Positions 1 through 9,960 are shown, counted from the stretch's first letter. The stretch is DNA of 60,298 bases from Pseudonocardiaceae bacterium (GCA_036500685.1 DASYBO010000363.1:1-60298), one strand, 5' to 3'. Notes: generated by a model from the letters alone, not told the origin. Translations and numbers: made by a program.

Positions 1-17
1 CCCCCTCGGAGCCCACC

Positions 18-755
18 ATGTCCGAATCATCAAGGATCGCGATCGTCACCGGCGCCAGCCGCGGCTTCGGCCGCGCCACCGCCGCCGCGCTCGTCGCCGC
101 CGGCAACCATGTCGTCGGCATCGCCCGCGACGAGCAGGAACTCAACGCCGTCCGGGCCGAGCTCGGCGCGGCGTTCACGCCCGTCGTCGGTGACGCCACC
201 GACGAAACCCTGGCCCGCCAACTGATCCACGAACACCAACCGGCCCTGCTCGTGCTCAACGCGGGCGCCACCCCGCACGTGGCGCCCGTGCACGAACAGA
301 CCTGGGAGACGTTCAGCCGCAACTGGCACGTCGACACCAAGCACGCCTTCGCCTGGATCACGGCCGCGTTGCGCGAACCGCTCGCAGCCGGCAGCGTCGT
401 GGTCGCGATGTCCAGTGGCGCCGCGCTCGCCGGATCGCCGCTCAGTGGCGGGTATGCCAGCGCCAAGGCGGCGATCCGGTACCTGCGCAACTACGCCGCC
501 GACGAATCGACAAGGGCCGCGCTCGGCATCCGCTTCGTCGCGTTGCTGCCGCAGCTGACCCCGACCGGTGTCGGCGCGGGCGGCGTCACCGGTTACGCGG
601 CAAGGGAAGGGATCTCGGTCGAGGCGTTCGTCGAACGGCTCGCGCCGGTGCTCACCCCGGAACTGCTGGCCAAGGCCGTGACCGAGGTCGTCGACAACCC
701 GGCAAGCGCGGCCGAATATCAGGTCGGTGGAGCAGGGCTGCGCGCTCTATCGTGA
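18..755 (+). CDS. Short-chain dehydrogenase/reductase (SDR)
   Basis: TGASRGFG Rossmann motif and YASAK catalytic YxxxK; stop overlaps the next start (GTGA). Confidence 0.9.
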   Translation: MSESSRIAIVTGASRGFGRATAAALVAAGNHVVGIARDEQELNAVRAELGAAFTPVVGDATDETLARQLIHEHQPALLVLNAGATPHVAPVHEQTWETFSRNWHVDTKHAFAWITAALREPLAAGSVVVAMSSGAALAGSPLSGGYASAKAAIRYLRNYAADESTRAALGIRFVALLPQLTPTGVGAGGVTGYAAREGISVEAFVERLAPVLTPELLAKAVTEVVDNPASAAEYQVGGAGLRALS

Positions 756-1732
756 ACACGATGCCCTCGAACACCGAATTCGCCACCGTCGCCGAGCCGT
801 TCCGGTCCGAACTGCTCGCGCACTGCTACCGGCTGCTCGGTTCGATTCACGACGCCGAGGATCTGGTGCAGGAGACCTACCTGCGCGCGTGGCGCGGATT
901 CGGCGGGTTCGAGGGCCGCTCCTCGGTTCGCCGCTGGCTGTACAAGATCGCGACCATGGCCTGCCTGACCGCGTTGGAAACCCGCGCGCGCCGTCCGTTG
1001 CCCTCCGGGCTCGCCGCGCCGTCCGACGATCACCGGGTCGCCGTCGCGGAGCGGGATCCGTCGGTGCCGTGGCTGGAACCCGCGCCGGACAACCTGTTCG
1101 GCGCGGGCGACCCGGCCGCGATCGTGGCCGCGCGCGCCGGGATCCGGTTGGCGTTCATCGCCGCGCTGCAGTTCCTGCCGGCTCGGCAGCGCGCCGTGCT
1201 GACTCTGCGCGACGTGCTGGCCTTCCACACCGACGAGGTCGCCACCATGTTGGACACCACGAGCGCGGCGGTCGACAGCACGCTGCGCAGGGCCCGCGCG
1301 AAGATCGCCGAGACCGCCCCGGCCGAACAGAACCTGATCGAGCCGGACGAACCCGCCGTGCGCACCCTGCTCGACGACTACGTCAACGCGTTCACCCGTG
1401 CCGACGCCGACGCGCTCGTCGCTCTGCTGCGGGCGGACGTCGAACTGGAAATGCCGCCGATCCCGACCTGGTTCACCGGCCGCGACGCGGTCGTCGGTTT
1501 CCTGCTGCGCCGCGTGCTCCGCGACGGCCACTGGCACATGGTCCCCGCCCGTAGCAACGGACAACCGGCGTTGGTCACGTACCGCCGAACGGCCGACGGC
1601 CGCTACGACGCCTATGGCGTGCAGGTGCTGACGGTCGTCGGCGGCCGAATCGCGCGCGTCAGCTCGTTCAACGACCCGAAGCTGGTGTCCACCTTCGGTT
1701 TCGCGCTCACCACAACCGCAGGGCTGCCGTGA
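752..1732 (+). CDS. ECF sigma-70 factor with C-terminal SnoaL-like domain (SigG/ECF56-like)
   Basis: Region 2 'HCYRLLGSIHDAEDLVQETYLRAWR...WLYKIAT', region 4 'LPARQRAVLTLRDV', C-terminal 'LEMPP..WFTG...NGQPA' extension. Confidence 0.9.
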   Translation: MNTMPSNTEFATVAEPFRSELLAHCYRLLGSIHDAEDLVQETYLRAWRGFGGFEGRSSVRRWLYKIATMACLTALETRARRPLPSGLAAPSDDHRVAVAERDPSVPWLEPAPDNLFGAGDPAAIVAARAGIRLAFIAALQFLPARQRAVLTLRDVLAFHTDEVATMLDTTSAAVDSTLRRARAKIAETAPAEQNLIEPDEPAVRTLLDDYVNAFTRADADALVALLRADVELEMPPIPTWFTGRDAVVGFLLRRVLRDGHWHMVPARSNGQPALVTYRRTADGRYDAYGVQVLTVVGGRIARVSSFNDPKLVSTFGFALTTTAGLP

Positions 1733-1745
1733 TCACCCGGTCCGG

Positions 1746-1829
1746 GAACCGGTCAACCGCGAGCCGGTCGAGCAGGCCGAGTACGTCCTGGGCGTGGACC
1801 TCGGCCGAGTAGCCGTCGTGCGGGGCGTC
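1746..1829 (-). pseudogene. Alpha/beta-hydrolase fragment
   Basis: Minus-strand frame reads DAPHDGYSAEVHAQDVLGLLDRLAVDRF, resembling the D-x-P-x-x-GY...A-x-D...LLD-x-L segment of hydrolases; no start or rest of gene. Confidence 0.5.
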
Positions 1830-1873
1830 GAAGCGGAACGCGTGCTGCTCGCCCTGCTCGACGGTCTCCCCGC

Positions 1874-1941
1874 ATAAGTATTACTCATTTCTGGGGTCTT
1901 GCGTAATCCGCGAGATGGGTCATACTCATTTCCGAATGAGT
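1874..1941. promoter_or_regulatory. Putative FadR/GntR operators
   Basis: ATAAGT-att-ACTCAT (1874-1888) and ATGGGT-cat-ACTCAT (1915-1929), both one mismatch from ATGAGT-N3-ACTCAT; also perfect ACTCATT-tccg-AATGAGT (1924-1941). Confidence 0.6.
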
Positions 1942-1962
1942 CAGGTTCATCTGGAGGATGCA

Positions 1963-2727
1963 ATGGCACCAAGCGGTGCCGCCCGCGACGACGCGGACGA
2001 GCCGGCCGACCGCTACCGACCAGGCTACGAGCTGGTCGCGGAGCGGCTGTTGCAGTGGGTGGCGGAGCGGAATCTCCGGCCGGGGGACCGGTTGCCCACC
2101 GAACAGGGACTGGCCGACCTGCTCGGCACCACCCGCAACCAGATGCGCGAGGCCGTGAAGGTGCTCGCCGCGATCGGCAGGCTGAGCGTGCGGCGCGGGG
2201 CCGGCATCTTCGTCGCCGCCGGCACCAGCGCCCAGGTCGAACAGGAACTCGCGCACTTCCAGCCGACCGACATGGCACACGTACTGATGCTGTTGGATTT
2301 CCGTCGGCTCATCGAGTCGGACACCGCCCGGCGCGCCGCGTCGATGGCCACGCCGATCCAGGTGCGCGCGATCCGGGACAGCGCCGAGGAATCGCTGACC
2401 CTTGGCGCCGCGCCGGACATCAAGGGCTTCGCGCGCGCGGACGCCGCGTTCCACGACGCCGTGGCGATCGCCGCCGACAACGTCTTCCTTCAGTCCACTG
2501 TGGTCAACCTCCGCGGTTTCGCCGCGCAGACCGACACCTTGCTCTTCCACGGCGACGTGCCCGGTTCGCTGGAAGTCGCTGGCCACCAGCACGTCACGAT
2601 CGCCGAAGCCATCGCCGAGGGCGACTCCGATCGGGCCGTGCGGCTGATGGTCGAGCACATCGACACCACCCAGCGCCAGTTCGAACGCAAGATCCGCAAC
2701 CGCCTCTTCACCATGACCGACAACTGA
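1963..2727 (+). CDS. FadR/GntR-family transcriptional regulator (FCD domain)
   Basis: 'LRPGDRLPTEQGLADLLGTTRNQMREA' wHTH and 'ADAAFHDAVA' FCD; start moved to ATG 1963 after GGAGG. Confidence 0.92.
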   Translation: MAPSGAARDDADEPADRYRPGYELVAERLLQWVAERNLRPGDRLPTEQGLADLLGTTRNQMREAVKVLAAIGRLSVRRGAGIFVAAGTSAQVEQELAHFQPTDMAHVLMLLDFRRLIESDTARRAASMATPIQVRAIRDSAEESLTLGAAPDIKGFARADAAFHDAVAIAADNVFLQSTVVNLRGFAAQTDTLLFHGDVPGSLEVAGHQHVTIAEAIAEGDSDRAVRLMVEHIDTTQRQFERKIRNRLFTMTDN

Positions 2728-2799
2728 TTTCCGACCAACCTCCCCACGCCGTGACCAGCCGCGTGGCGATGACCCCTGCTCACACAACGGAAAGCCACG

Positions 2800-3897
2800 A
2801 TGAAGATCACCCACGTCGAGTCCCATCGCATCGAAGTACCCCCGGTCGAGCCTCCGTTCCGGTGGCGCGACGGCCTGGCCGGCAGCCCGGTCAAGGGGGA
2901 CGGCGCGGTGCTGCGCATCGGCACCGACTCGGGTGTCGAGGGCGTCGCGCTGTTCGCCCGACCGGGCGCGGGGGTGCTGCTCGACGATCTGGTCGAGCGG
3001 GTGTTCCGGCCCGAACTCGTCGGCCAGGACCCGTGGCAGCGTGAGTGGATCTGGCATCGGCTGTGGGAACTGGACCGGATCGAGGAACTACCGCTGCCCA
3101 CTCTCGGCCTTGTCGACGTGGCGCTGTGGGACCTCGCGGGACGGGTCTACGGGCAGCCCGTGTGGCAGGTGCTCGGTGGCTACCGCACGGCGATCCCGGC
3201 CTACGCCTCAACGTCCACTTTCGACTCGATCGCCGAGTTCCTCGACGTCGCCCAACAGTGCCTTTCACTCGGCTATCGCGGCATCAAGCTGCATGCCTGG
3301 GGCGACGCGCGCCGGGACGCACAACTCTGCCTCGCCCTGCGCCATCATGTCGGACCGGACGTGCCGCTGATGTACGACGGCTCGGCCGGCTTCGACCTGC
3401 CCGACGCCATCTACCTCGGCACCGCGCTCAGCGAGGCGGGCTACCTCTGGTACGAGGAGCCGATGCGCGAGTTCAGCGTCTCGGCCTACCGGCGGCTCGC
3501 GCTCGCGGTTTCGGTGCCGCTGCTCGTCGCGGAAACCTCGGACGGCGCGCACATGAACTCGGGCGACTTCATCGCGGCCGGCGCGGCCACGTTCGGCGTG
3601 CGCGCGGGGACGACGTTGCGCGGCGGTATCACCGGTGCGATGCGCACCGCCCACCTCGCCGACGCATACCACCTGCGCGCCGAGGTGCACGGCTCGGACA
3701 TCCCCAACCACCACCTGTGCATGGCCATTCCGAACACCACCTACTACGAGTCGTTGGTGACGTCGGCTTCCGTGACGCGCGAGCGCCACGTGGACGCCGA
3801 GGGGCTCGTCCACGCCCCGACATCGCCGGGCATCGCCCTCCCGTACGAGTTCGGCTACGGCACGACGCTGGAGCCGTACGTGGAGCAAGCCGCCTGA
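2800..3897 (+). CDS. Mandelate racemase/muconate lactonizing-family enolase (putative sugar-acid dehydratase)
   Basis: 'VDVALWDLAG', 'IPAYAS', KxH (IKLH), metal ligands D(GSAG), E(EP), E(TS). Confidence 0.88.
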   Translation: MKITHVESHRIEVPPVEPPFRWRDGLAGSPVKGDGAVLRIGTDSGVEGVALFARPGAGVLLDDLVERVFRPELVGQDPWQREWIWHRLWELDRIEELPLPTLGLVDVALWDLAGRVYGQPVWQVLGGYRTAIPAYASTSTFDSIAEFLDVAQQCLSLGYRGIKLHAWGDARRDAQLCLALRHHVGPDVPLMYDGSAGFDLPDAIYLGTALSEAGYLWYEEPMREFSVSAYRRLALAVSVPLLVAETSDGAHMNSGDFIAAGAATFGVRAGTTLRGGITGAMRTAHLADAYHLRAEVHGSDIPNHHLCMAIPNTTYYESLVTSASVTRERHVDAEGLVHAPTSPGIALPYEFGYGTTLEPYVEQAA

Positions 3898-3949
3898 CCT
3901 CTCGCCTTAAAAGAGACACCGCTGTCCGCTTTGTAAGAAGGATCAGACA

Positions 3950-5317
3950 ATGAAGTCACTCCCGTACCGCAGGCTCAGCAGGGCCGCTGTCGCCATGGTC
4001 ACCGTCGGGGCATTGGCCGTCGTCGGCGGCTGTGCGAGCGCCGATCCCACTACGACCACCGGCTCCGGACCGGCGAGTTTCGCCGCCCAGGCCCAGGACG
4101 ACTCGGCACCGATCACCGTCTGGACGGACTCCACCCGGCTGACGTCGGTGCAGGCCTACCAGCGGTCACACCCCAACGTGAAGATGGACATCGTCACCTT
4201 CGACGGTTCCGCCGACGGTTCGACCTACCTACAGACCAAGGTGCAACTGTTCGACCGCACCGGCAAGGGCTGGCCGGACGTGGTGTTCGCATCGCCTACC
4301 GACGTCACCTGGGCCTCCCAGCCGACCGGCCCGTCCGCGCAGGCTTTCGCCGCTCCCGTCGACGAAGGTCTGGTACCGAAGTCCACACTGGACAACTTCG
4401 CGCAGGGTTCGCTGGCACCGTGCCAGTTCAACGGGCACACCTACTGTCTGCGCAACGACATCGCGCAGGTTGTGCTCTGGTACAACAAGACCCTCCTCGA
4501 CCAGTTCGGCTATTCGGTGCCGACCACCTGGGAGCAGTACCAGCAACTCGGCCAGGAAGTCGCCAGCCAACACCACGGCTACCTGGTCGGCGCGATCGGT
4601 GACACCAACTCCAACGAGTCCTACTTCTGGTCCGCGCAGTGCCCGGCCCAGCAGCTGACCGGTGCGAACAGCCTGCGCATCAACCTGACCGATTCGCATT
4701 GCACCAAGATGGCCGGGCTGCTCGACTCCCTGGTCAAGGCAGGATCGGTCACCACGCAAGGCTTCTTCGGCCAGGGCTTCGCCAAGACGTACGGCAACAA
4801 GGTGCTGATGGCGGTCGGCCCGTCCTGGTACGGGCAATACCTTTTCAACTCGGCGTTCAAAACTCCGGCAGGCCAGATCACGGCGGCGGCTCCATTGAAG
4901 TGGCAGGGCGAATCCCAGACCTACACCGGCAATGTCGGCGGCGGCGTGTGGATGATCTCTTCGCACAGCAAGAACCTCAAGGCGTCGACCGCGCTCGCCG
5001 AATGGCTGACCACCTCCAACGACAACCTCACCAACGCGCCGACCTATCCGGCCTACGGACCGGGCGCGACCGCCTGGCTTTCGAACCCGGCCAACAAGAA
5101 CTACTTCGCGACCGACGTGACCAGCGTGTTCCAGCAGGCCGCGAACGACGTGTGGACCGGTTGGGGCAACACCAAGTTCAGTGACGCCACCTCCTGGTCC
5201 AGTGTGGTCCTAACCGCGCTCACCTCGGGCAAGACCCTCGTCCAGACCTTGCCCGCCTGGCAGAACGAGCTTTCCGACGAGGCCCGTTCGGTCGGATACA
5301 CGGTGACCAACAAGTGA
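3950..5317 (+). CDS. Carbohydrate ABC transporter substrate-binding lipoprotein
   Basis: Signal peptide with lipobox (VGGC), 'PDVV', 'LWYNKTLL..G..VPTTWE'; precedes two permeases. Confidence 0.9.
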   Translation: MKSLPYRRLSRAAVAMVTVGALAVVGGCASADPTTTTGSGPASFAAQAQDDSAPITVWTDSTRLTSVQAYQRSHPNVKMDIVTFDGSADGSTYLQTKVQLFDRTGKGWPDVVFASPTDVTWASQPTGPSAQAFAAPVDEGLVPKSTLDNFAQGSLAPCQFNGHTYCLRNDIAQVVLWYNKTLLDQFGYSVPTTWEQYQQLGQEVASQHHGYLVGAIGDTNSNESYFWSAQCPAQQLTGANSLRINLTDSHCTKMAGLLDSLVKAGSVTTQGFFGQGFAKTYGNKVLMAVGPSWYGQYLFNSAFKTPAGQITAAAPLKWQGESQTYTGNVGGGVWMISSHSKNLKASTALAEWLTTSNDNLTNAPTYPAYGPGATAWLSNPANKNYFATDVTSVFQQAANDVWTGWGNTKFSDATSWSSVVLTALTSGKTLVQTLPAWQNELSDEARSVGYTVTNK

Positions 5318-6249
5318 CCACGCTTGCCCCGCAGGCGCTCGCCTCGGACCGGCCCCGCAGCGAGAAGCGGCGGCGCCGGTCGGGGGAGGGCGGGTTCTCC
5401 GGGCCGCTGTTCGTCAGCGGCTATGTCGTCCTACTGCTCGCCTTCGGCGTGCTGCCAACGCTGTACGCGGTGTACCTCGCGTTCACCAACGTGCGCGGCC
5501 AGTTCACCGGCGTCAACCAGTTCGTCCGGGTCTTCCAGGACTTCCGTTTCGGTCCCACGTTCGTGGACATCGTGGTGTACCTGGTGATCTGGCTGGTGCT
5601 GATCGTGGTGCTCACCGTCGCGGTCGCGGTCATCCTGCGCAGCCGGATGCCCGCGCGGCTGTCCTCGGTGCTGCGGTTCCTCTACTACATTCCGGGTGCG
5701 CTGGCCGGCGTTGCCAGCATCCTGGTCTGGCTGTTCATGCTCGATCCTGCGGTCAGCCCGGTGAACTGGCTGCTCAGGGCGTTGGGGTTCGGCACGTTCG
5801 CGCAGGTGCTCGCGCCGGGGCACCTCTCGCTGATCTTCGCGCTGATCGCGTTCTGGACCGGCGCGGGCGGCTGGATCGTGGTCATGTACGGCGCGCTGAA
5901 CAACATCTCGGATGAAGTACTGGAAGCGGCCCGGATCGACGGCGCTGGGCCGTGGCGCACCGCGATCCACATCCAGATCCCGATGATTCGCAAGTGGATC
6001 GTGTACATGGCGATCCTCGCGTTCGCCGCCGGCACGCAGCTGTTCGTGGAACCGCAACTGCTACAGACCGCGTCGCTCGGCCGGGTGTCGCCGACGTGGT
6101 CGCCCAACCAACTCGCCTACGTCTACGCGTTCCAGCACGGCGATTTCAACGGCGCCGCCGCGATCTCGCTGGTGCTGCTCGTCCTCGGCCTGCTCTGCGC
6201 CGGTCTGCTGGTTACCCGGTCGGGTCTGTTCAAGGTGGACGAACCATGA
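5314..6249 (+). CDS. Carbohydrate ABC permease
   Basis: Hydrophobic helices and EAA loop 'EAARIDGAGPW'. Confidence 0.92.
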   Translation: MTTLAPQALASDRPRSEKRRRRSGEGGFSGPLFVSGYVVLLLAFGVLPTLYAVYLAFTNVRGQFTGVNQFVRVFQDFRFGPTFVDIVVYLVIWLVLIVVLTVAVAVILRSRMPARLSSVLRFLYYIPGALAGVASILVWLFMLDPAVSPVNWLLRALGFGTFAQVLAPGHLSLIFALIAFWTGAGGWIVVMYGALNNISDEVLEAARIDGAGPWRTAIHIQIPMIRKWIVYMAILAFAAGTQLFVEPQLLQTASLGRVSPTWSPNQLAYVYAFQHGDFNGAAAISLVLLVLGLLCAGLLVTRSGLFKVDEP

Positions 6250-7139
6250 CGACGATTCCCGCGCGCCGCAACGTCTCCCGCACGGTCGCCGTGCTCGTCG
6301 TCGGCCTGCTGCTCGTGCTGCTGCTGGTGTTCTTCGTGCTGCCGGCGCTGTGGCTACTGCTCGCCCCGACGAAGACGGCCACCGAACTGGTGAACGACTC
6401 GCCGTTGTCGTTCGGCTCGTTCGGCAATGTGGTCCGGGCTTGGCAGCACCTTACCGGTTTCGAGAACGGCGTCCTGTTCACCTGGCTGCGCAATTCCGCC
6501 GTGTACGCGGTCGGCGCGCTCGTGTTGACCCTGTTGACCAGCATCCCGGCCGGCTACGCGCTGGCGCTGAGCAAGTTCCGTGGCCGCAAGTTGTTGCTCA
6601 GCATCACTCTGGTCGTGATGATCATGCCATCGGCCGCGCTCGTGTTGCCGATCTTCCTTGAGCTCAACCTGGTCGGTCTGGTGGGCACGGTGTGGTCCAT
6701 CATCCTGCCGTTCTCGTTCTACCCGTTCGGCGTGTACCTGGTCTACATCTACTTCGCCACCAGCCTGCCGCGCGATCTGCTTGCCGCGGCCAGGTTGGAC
6801 GGTGCGACCGAGTGGCAGATCTTCTCGCGGGTCGCGCTGCCGCTGGCCAAACCGGTCGTCGGGCTGGTCGCGTTCTTCAGCTTCGTCGGCAACTGGAACA
6901 ACTTCTTCCTGCCCTACCTGGTGCTGCCGGGCAGCGACCAGTTCCCCATCCAGGTCGGCCTCAACCAACTGCTGTCCTCAACTCCCTCCTTCAACCCGGT
7001 CGCGGGCGCGGGTCTGGACATCACCAGTCCCGAACTCGCTCTCGCCATCATCATCGCGATCCTGCCCGTCCTGGTTCTTTTCCTGTTCTCCCAACGCACC
7101 CTCGTCTCCGGAATGCTCGCCGGGTCCACCAAGGAATAA
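6246..7139 (+). CDS. Carbohydrate ABC permease
   Basis: 'LLAAARLDGATEWQIF' EAA loop, 'WNNFFLP'; real start ATG 6246 overlaps the previous stop. Confidence 0.92.
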   Translation: MTTIPARRNVSRTVAVLVVGLLLVLLLVFFVLPALWLLLAPTKTATELVNDSPLSFGSFGNVVRAWQHLTGFENGVLFTWLRNSAVYAVGALVLTLLTSIPAGYALALSKFRGRKLLLSITLVVMIMPSAALVLPIFLELNLVGLVGTVWSIILPFSFYPFGVYLVYIYFATSLPRDLLAAARLDGATEWQIFSRVALPLAKPVVGLVAFFSFVGNWNNFFLPYLVLPGSDQFPIQVGLNQLLSSTPSFNPVAGAGLDITSPELALAIIIAILPVLVLFLFSQRTLVSGMLAGSTKE

Positions 7140-7149
7140 CGGAGAATCC

Positions 7150-9912
7150 ATGCGACACCTTGTTCAACGCCGAACGGTGATCGGTTTATCCGCGGCCGTC
7201 CTCGCCATCACCACCATCGGGATCGGTACCGCGAACGCAGCCACCACGACAACCTTCTACGCGGCCCCCAACGGCAGCGGCACAACGTGTTCGGCACAAG
7301 CCCCGTGCTCGCTCACATCAGCCCAGCAGAAGGTCCGCGCCACCACCGCAAGCAACACCGACATCACCGTGCAACTGGCAGGCGGTACTTACCGACTCGG
7401 CCAGACTCTGACCTTCGACGCCGCCCTCGGCGACTCGGCTTCGGCCGGCCACACCGTCACCTACCAGGCCGCGCCAGGCGCGCACCCGGTGCTCAGCGGC
7501 GGTCAGCAGGTCAGCGGCTGGCAGCAGGGCACCGGCGGCGTCTGGAGCGCGAACTTACCCGCCGGCACCGACACCCGGCAGCTCTACGTCGACGGTGTCC
7601 GCGCCCAGCGCGCGTCCGGCCCCAACCCGACGGGCTTCACCCGCACCGCGACCGGCTACACGATGTCGGACACCACAATGGACAGTTGGGGCAATATCGC
7701 CGGCGTCGAGTTCGTCTACAACGTCAACTGGACTCAGGTCCGCTGCGGTGTCGCCTCCGTTTCCGGCACAACGCTCACCATGCAACAGCCCTGCTTCGAC
7801 AACTCCTCGAAGAAGCAGTACGGCAGCAACATCGACACGCCGAGCTACGTCGAGAACGCCAAGGAACTGCTCACCAATCCCGGCCAGTTCTACCTCGACA
7901 AGCCCGCGCACACGATCTACTACATCCCGCGCGAGGGCCAGCGGATGACCAGCGCCGACGTGGAGATACCGCAGCTGCAGACGATCATCGCCGGCCACGG
8001 CACCGAATCCGACCCGTTGAACGGCCTCGCGTTGCGCGGCATCAGCGTCGAATACGGCGGCTGGACCGAGCCCAACGACCCGGACGGCTTCTCCGAGGTC
8101 CAGGCCAACGTGCGGCTCACCGGCAATCTGGCCTGGCAGTACGAGGGCACCTGCGACCGTTTCTCGTCGACCGATCCTGGCACCTGCCCCTACGGCGCCT
8201 GGACGATGACACCGGGCAACGTGGTGTTCGACCACACCACCGGCCTCACCGTCGCCGGTGACACCTTCCAACACCTCGGCGCGGCAGGTCTGCAACTCGG
8301 CCAGGACGTGGACAACTCGTCCATCACCGGCAACAACTTCACCGACATCTCCGCCAACGGCCTGGAAATCGGCAACGGCACCGACGCGAACCCGACCGAC
8401 CTCGCGCTCATCCCGGCCAACAACACGGTCGCCGACAACTGGGTGCACAACGTCGCCGTCGAGTACAGCAGCGGCGTCGGCATCTTCCAGGGCTACGCGC
8501 GCTACGACACGATCGAGCACAACCAGATCAACGACGTGCCCTACAGCGGCATCAGCTCCAACTGGGGCTGGGGCCACACGCCGACCGAGACACTGGACAA
8601 CAAGATCCTCAACAACCTTGTCTACGACGCCATGCAGCAGCATTACGACGGCGGCGGCATCTACGTCCTCGGTCAGGAGGGCGATTCGCTCGCCGACGGC
8701 ATGCTGATCAGCGGCAACGTGGTGCGCAACCTCGCCGGCAGCGGCAACGGCATCTACACCGACGGCGGCAGCGAGTTCGTGACCATGACGGGCAACGCGG
8801 TCTTCGGCACCGACTCGCCCTCCTTCGGCGGCTGCAAGGAACAGGGCAACACCCCGTACGGCGAGTTCAACTACACCAACAACTATTTCGACAACACCAA
8901 CCCGAACTTCGTCTGCGGTAACCCGGTCGACGCCGTCACCAGCCCCAACACCCAGGTGTCGACCAGCGGTGTCGGCGTACCGGCGTCGTTGATCGCCAAC
9001 GCGGGCCTCGAACCGGCCTACGCGAGCCTCGCGGCCCCGCCCGCAGGCAGGCTGCCGACCAACCTTGCCGCCGGCAAACCTGCGCAGGCCCAGTACATCG
9101 ACGGCAGCACGGCTCAACTCCAGCCCGGTTCACTGCCCAGTTACGCGACCGACGGCAACCCGAACACCTTCACCCAGGCGACCGGCCAGTACCGCTGGCA
9201 GCTCATTGTCGACCTACAGACGTCCCAAACGCTTGGCTACCTCACGGTGAGCATGCCGCAGGCCGCCTTCGCCACCGACTTCCACGTCGACGTGTCCACC
9301 GACGACACCACCTGGAGCACGGTCAGCACCGTGCACGAGAGCGGCTGGGGGAGCGACCCGATCGACTTCGCGACCCCGGTCACCGCGCGCTACCTGCGCA
9401 TCGTGGCCGACGCGCCGAACAACGGCGGCCAGCGCGGCGGGCAGATGGCGATCAGTGAGATCGGCGCCTACGCACCAGGTTGCGGACCGAACAACATGGC
9501 GCTGAACCAGCCCGCGCAGGCGCTGTTCATCGACAACACGCAGGCGCAGATGCAGCCCAACTCGCTGCCCTCCTACGGCGACGACGGCAATGCGAGCACG
9601 TTCGCCCAGGCGACCAACCGCTACCGCTGGGCGTACCAGGTCGACCTGCAACACCCGCGGTCGGTCGACGTCGTCTCGGTGCTGATGCCCGACGACAAGT
9701 TCGCGACCGCCTTCCACATCGACGTCTCGCTCGACGGGAGCACGTACTGGACGGTGGCGCGGCGCTCGGACAGTGCCGGCGGACTCAGCGCGGTGCAACT
9801 GGATGAACCGGTGCAGGCCCGCTACATCCGCGTGATCGCCGACCACCCGGACGACGGCGGCCAGACCGGTGGCCAGATGGCCATCAGCGAACTGGGCGCA
9901 TACGCGGGCTGA
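7150..9912 (+). CDS. Secreted right-handed beta-helix glycoside hydrolase-like protein (GH141-like) with two C-terminal F5/8-type C (CBM32-like) domains
   Basis: GGAG RBS + ATG 7150; signal peptide; 'GGTYRL', 'RQLYVDG', 'YSGIS.NWGWG', 'DGGGIY' beta-helix motifs; two ~145-aa repeats 'N.A...PAQA..ID...ARY.RI.AD.P..GGQ.GGQMAISE.GAY'. Confidence 0.8.
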   Translation: MRHLVQRRTVIGLSAAVLAITTIGIGTANAATTTTFYAAPNGSGTTCSAQAPCSLTSAQQKVRATTASNTDITVQLAGGTYRLGQTLTFDAALGDSASAGHTVTYQAAPGAHPVLSGGQQVSGWQQGTGGVWSANLPAGTDTRQLYVDGVRAQRASGPNPTGFTRTATGYTMSDTTMDSWGNIAGVEFVYNVNWTQVRCGVASVSGTTLTMQQPCFDNSSKKQYGSNIDTPSYVENAKELLTNPGQFYLDKPAHTIYYIPREGQRMTSADVEIPQLQTIIAGHGTESDPLNGLALRGISVEYGGWTEPNDPDGFSEVQANVRLTGNLAWQYEGTCDRFSSTDPGTCPYGAWTMTPGNVVFDHTTGLTVAGDTFQHLGAAGLQLGQDVDNSSITGNNFTDISANGLEIGNGTDANPTDLALIPANNTVADNWVHNVAVEYSSGVGIFQGYARYDTIEHNQINDVPYSGISSNWGWGHTPTETLDNKILNNLVYDAMQQHYDGGGIYVLGQEGDSLADGMLISGNVVRNLAGSGNGIYTDGGSEFVTMTGNAVFGTDSPSFGGCKEQGNTPYGEFNYTNNYFDNTNPNFVCGNPVDAVTSPNTQVSTSGVGVPASLIANAGLEPAYASLAAPPAGRLPTNLAAGKPAQAQYIDGSTAQLQPGSLPSYATDGNPNTFTQATGQYRWQLIVDLQTSQTLGYLTVSMPQAAFATDFHVDVSTDDTTWSTVSTVHESGWGSDPIDFATPVTARYLRIVADAPNNGGQRGGQMAISEIGAYAPGCGPNNMALNQPAQALFIDNTQAQMQPNSLPSYGDDGNASTFAQATNRYRWAYQVDLQHPRSVDVVSVLMPDDKFATAFHIDVSLDGSTYWTVARRSDSAGGLSAVQLDEPVQARYIRVIADHPDDGGQTGGQMAISELGAYAG

Positions 9913-9926
9913 CAGCTCACCCTTCC

Positions 9927-9960
9927 GTTGGCCCTGGGCTGTTCTCAGCTCAGGGCCAAC
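9927..9960. terminator. Hairpin between convergent genes
   Basis: GTTGGCCCTGGGCTG-ttct-CAGCTCAGGGCCAAC, 15-bp stem with 1 mismatch, overlapping the 3' end of the GNAT gene. Confidence 0.65.

Noticed and set aside
6658-7149. N-terminal extensions in track ORFs (e.g. 1084-aa at 6658, 680-aa at 43394, 667-aa at 48498, 389-aa at 56983)
   Set aside because: They overlap neighbouring genes; downstream starts with an RBS or stop-start coupling fit better.
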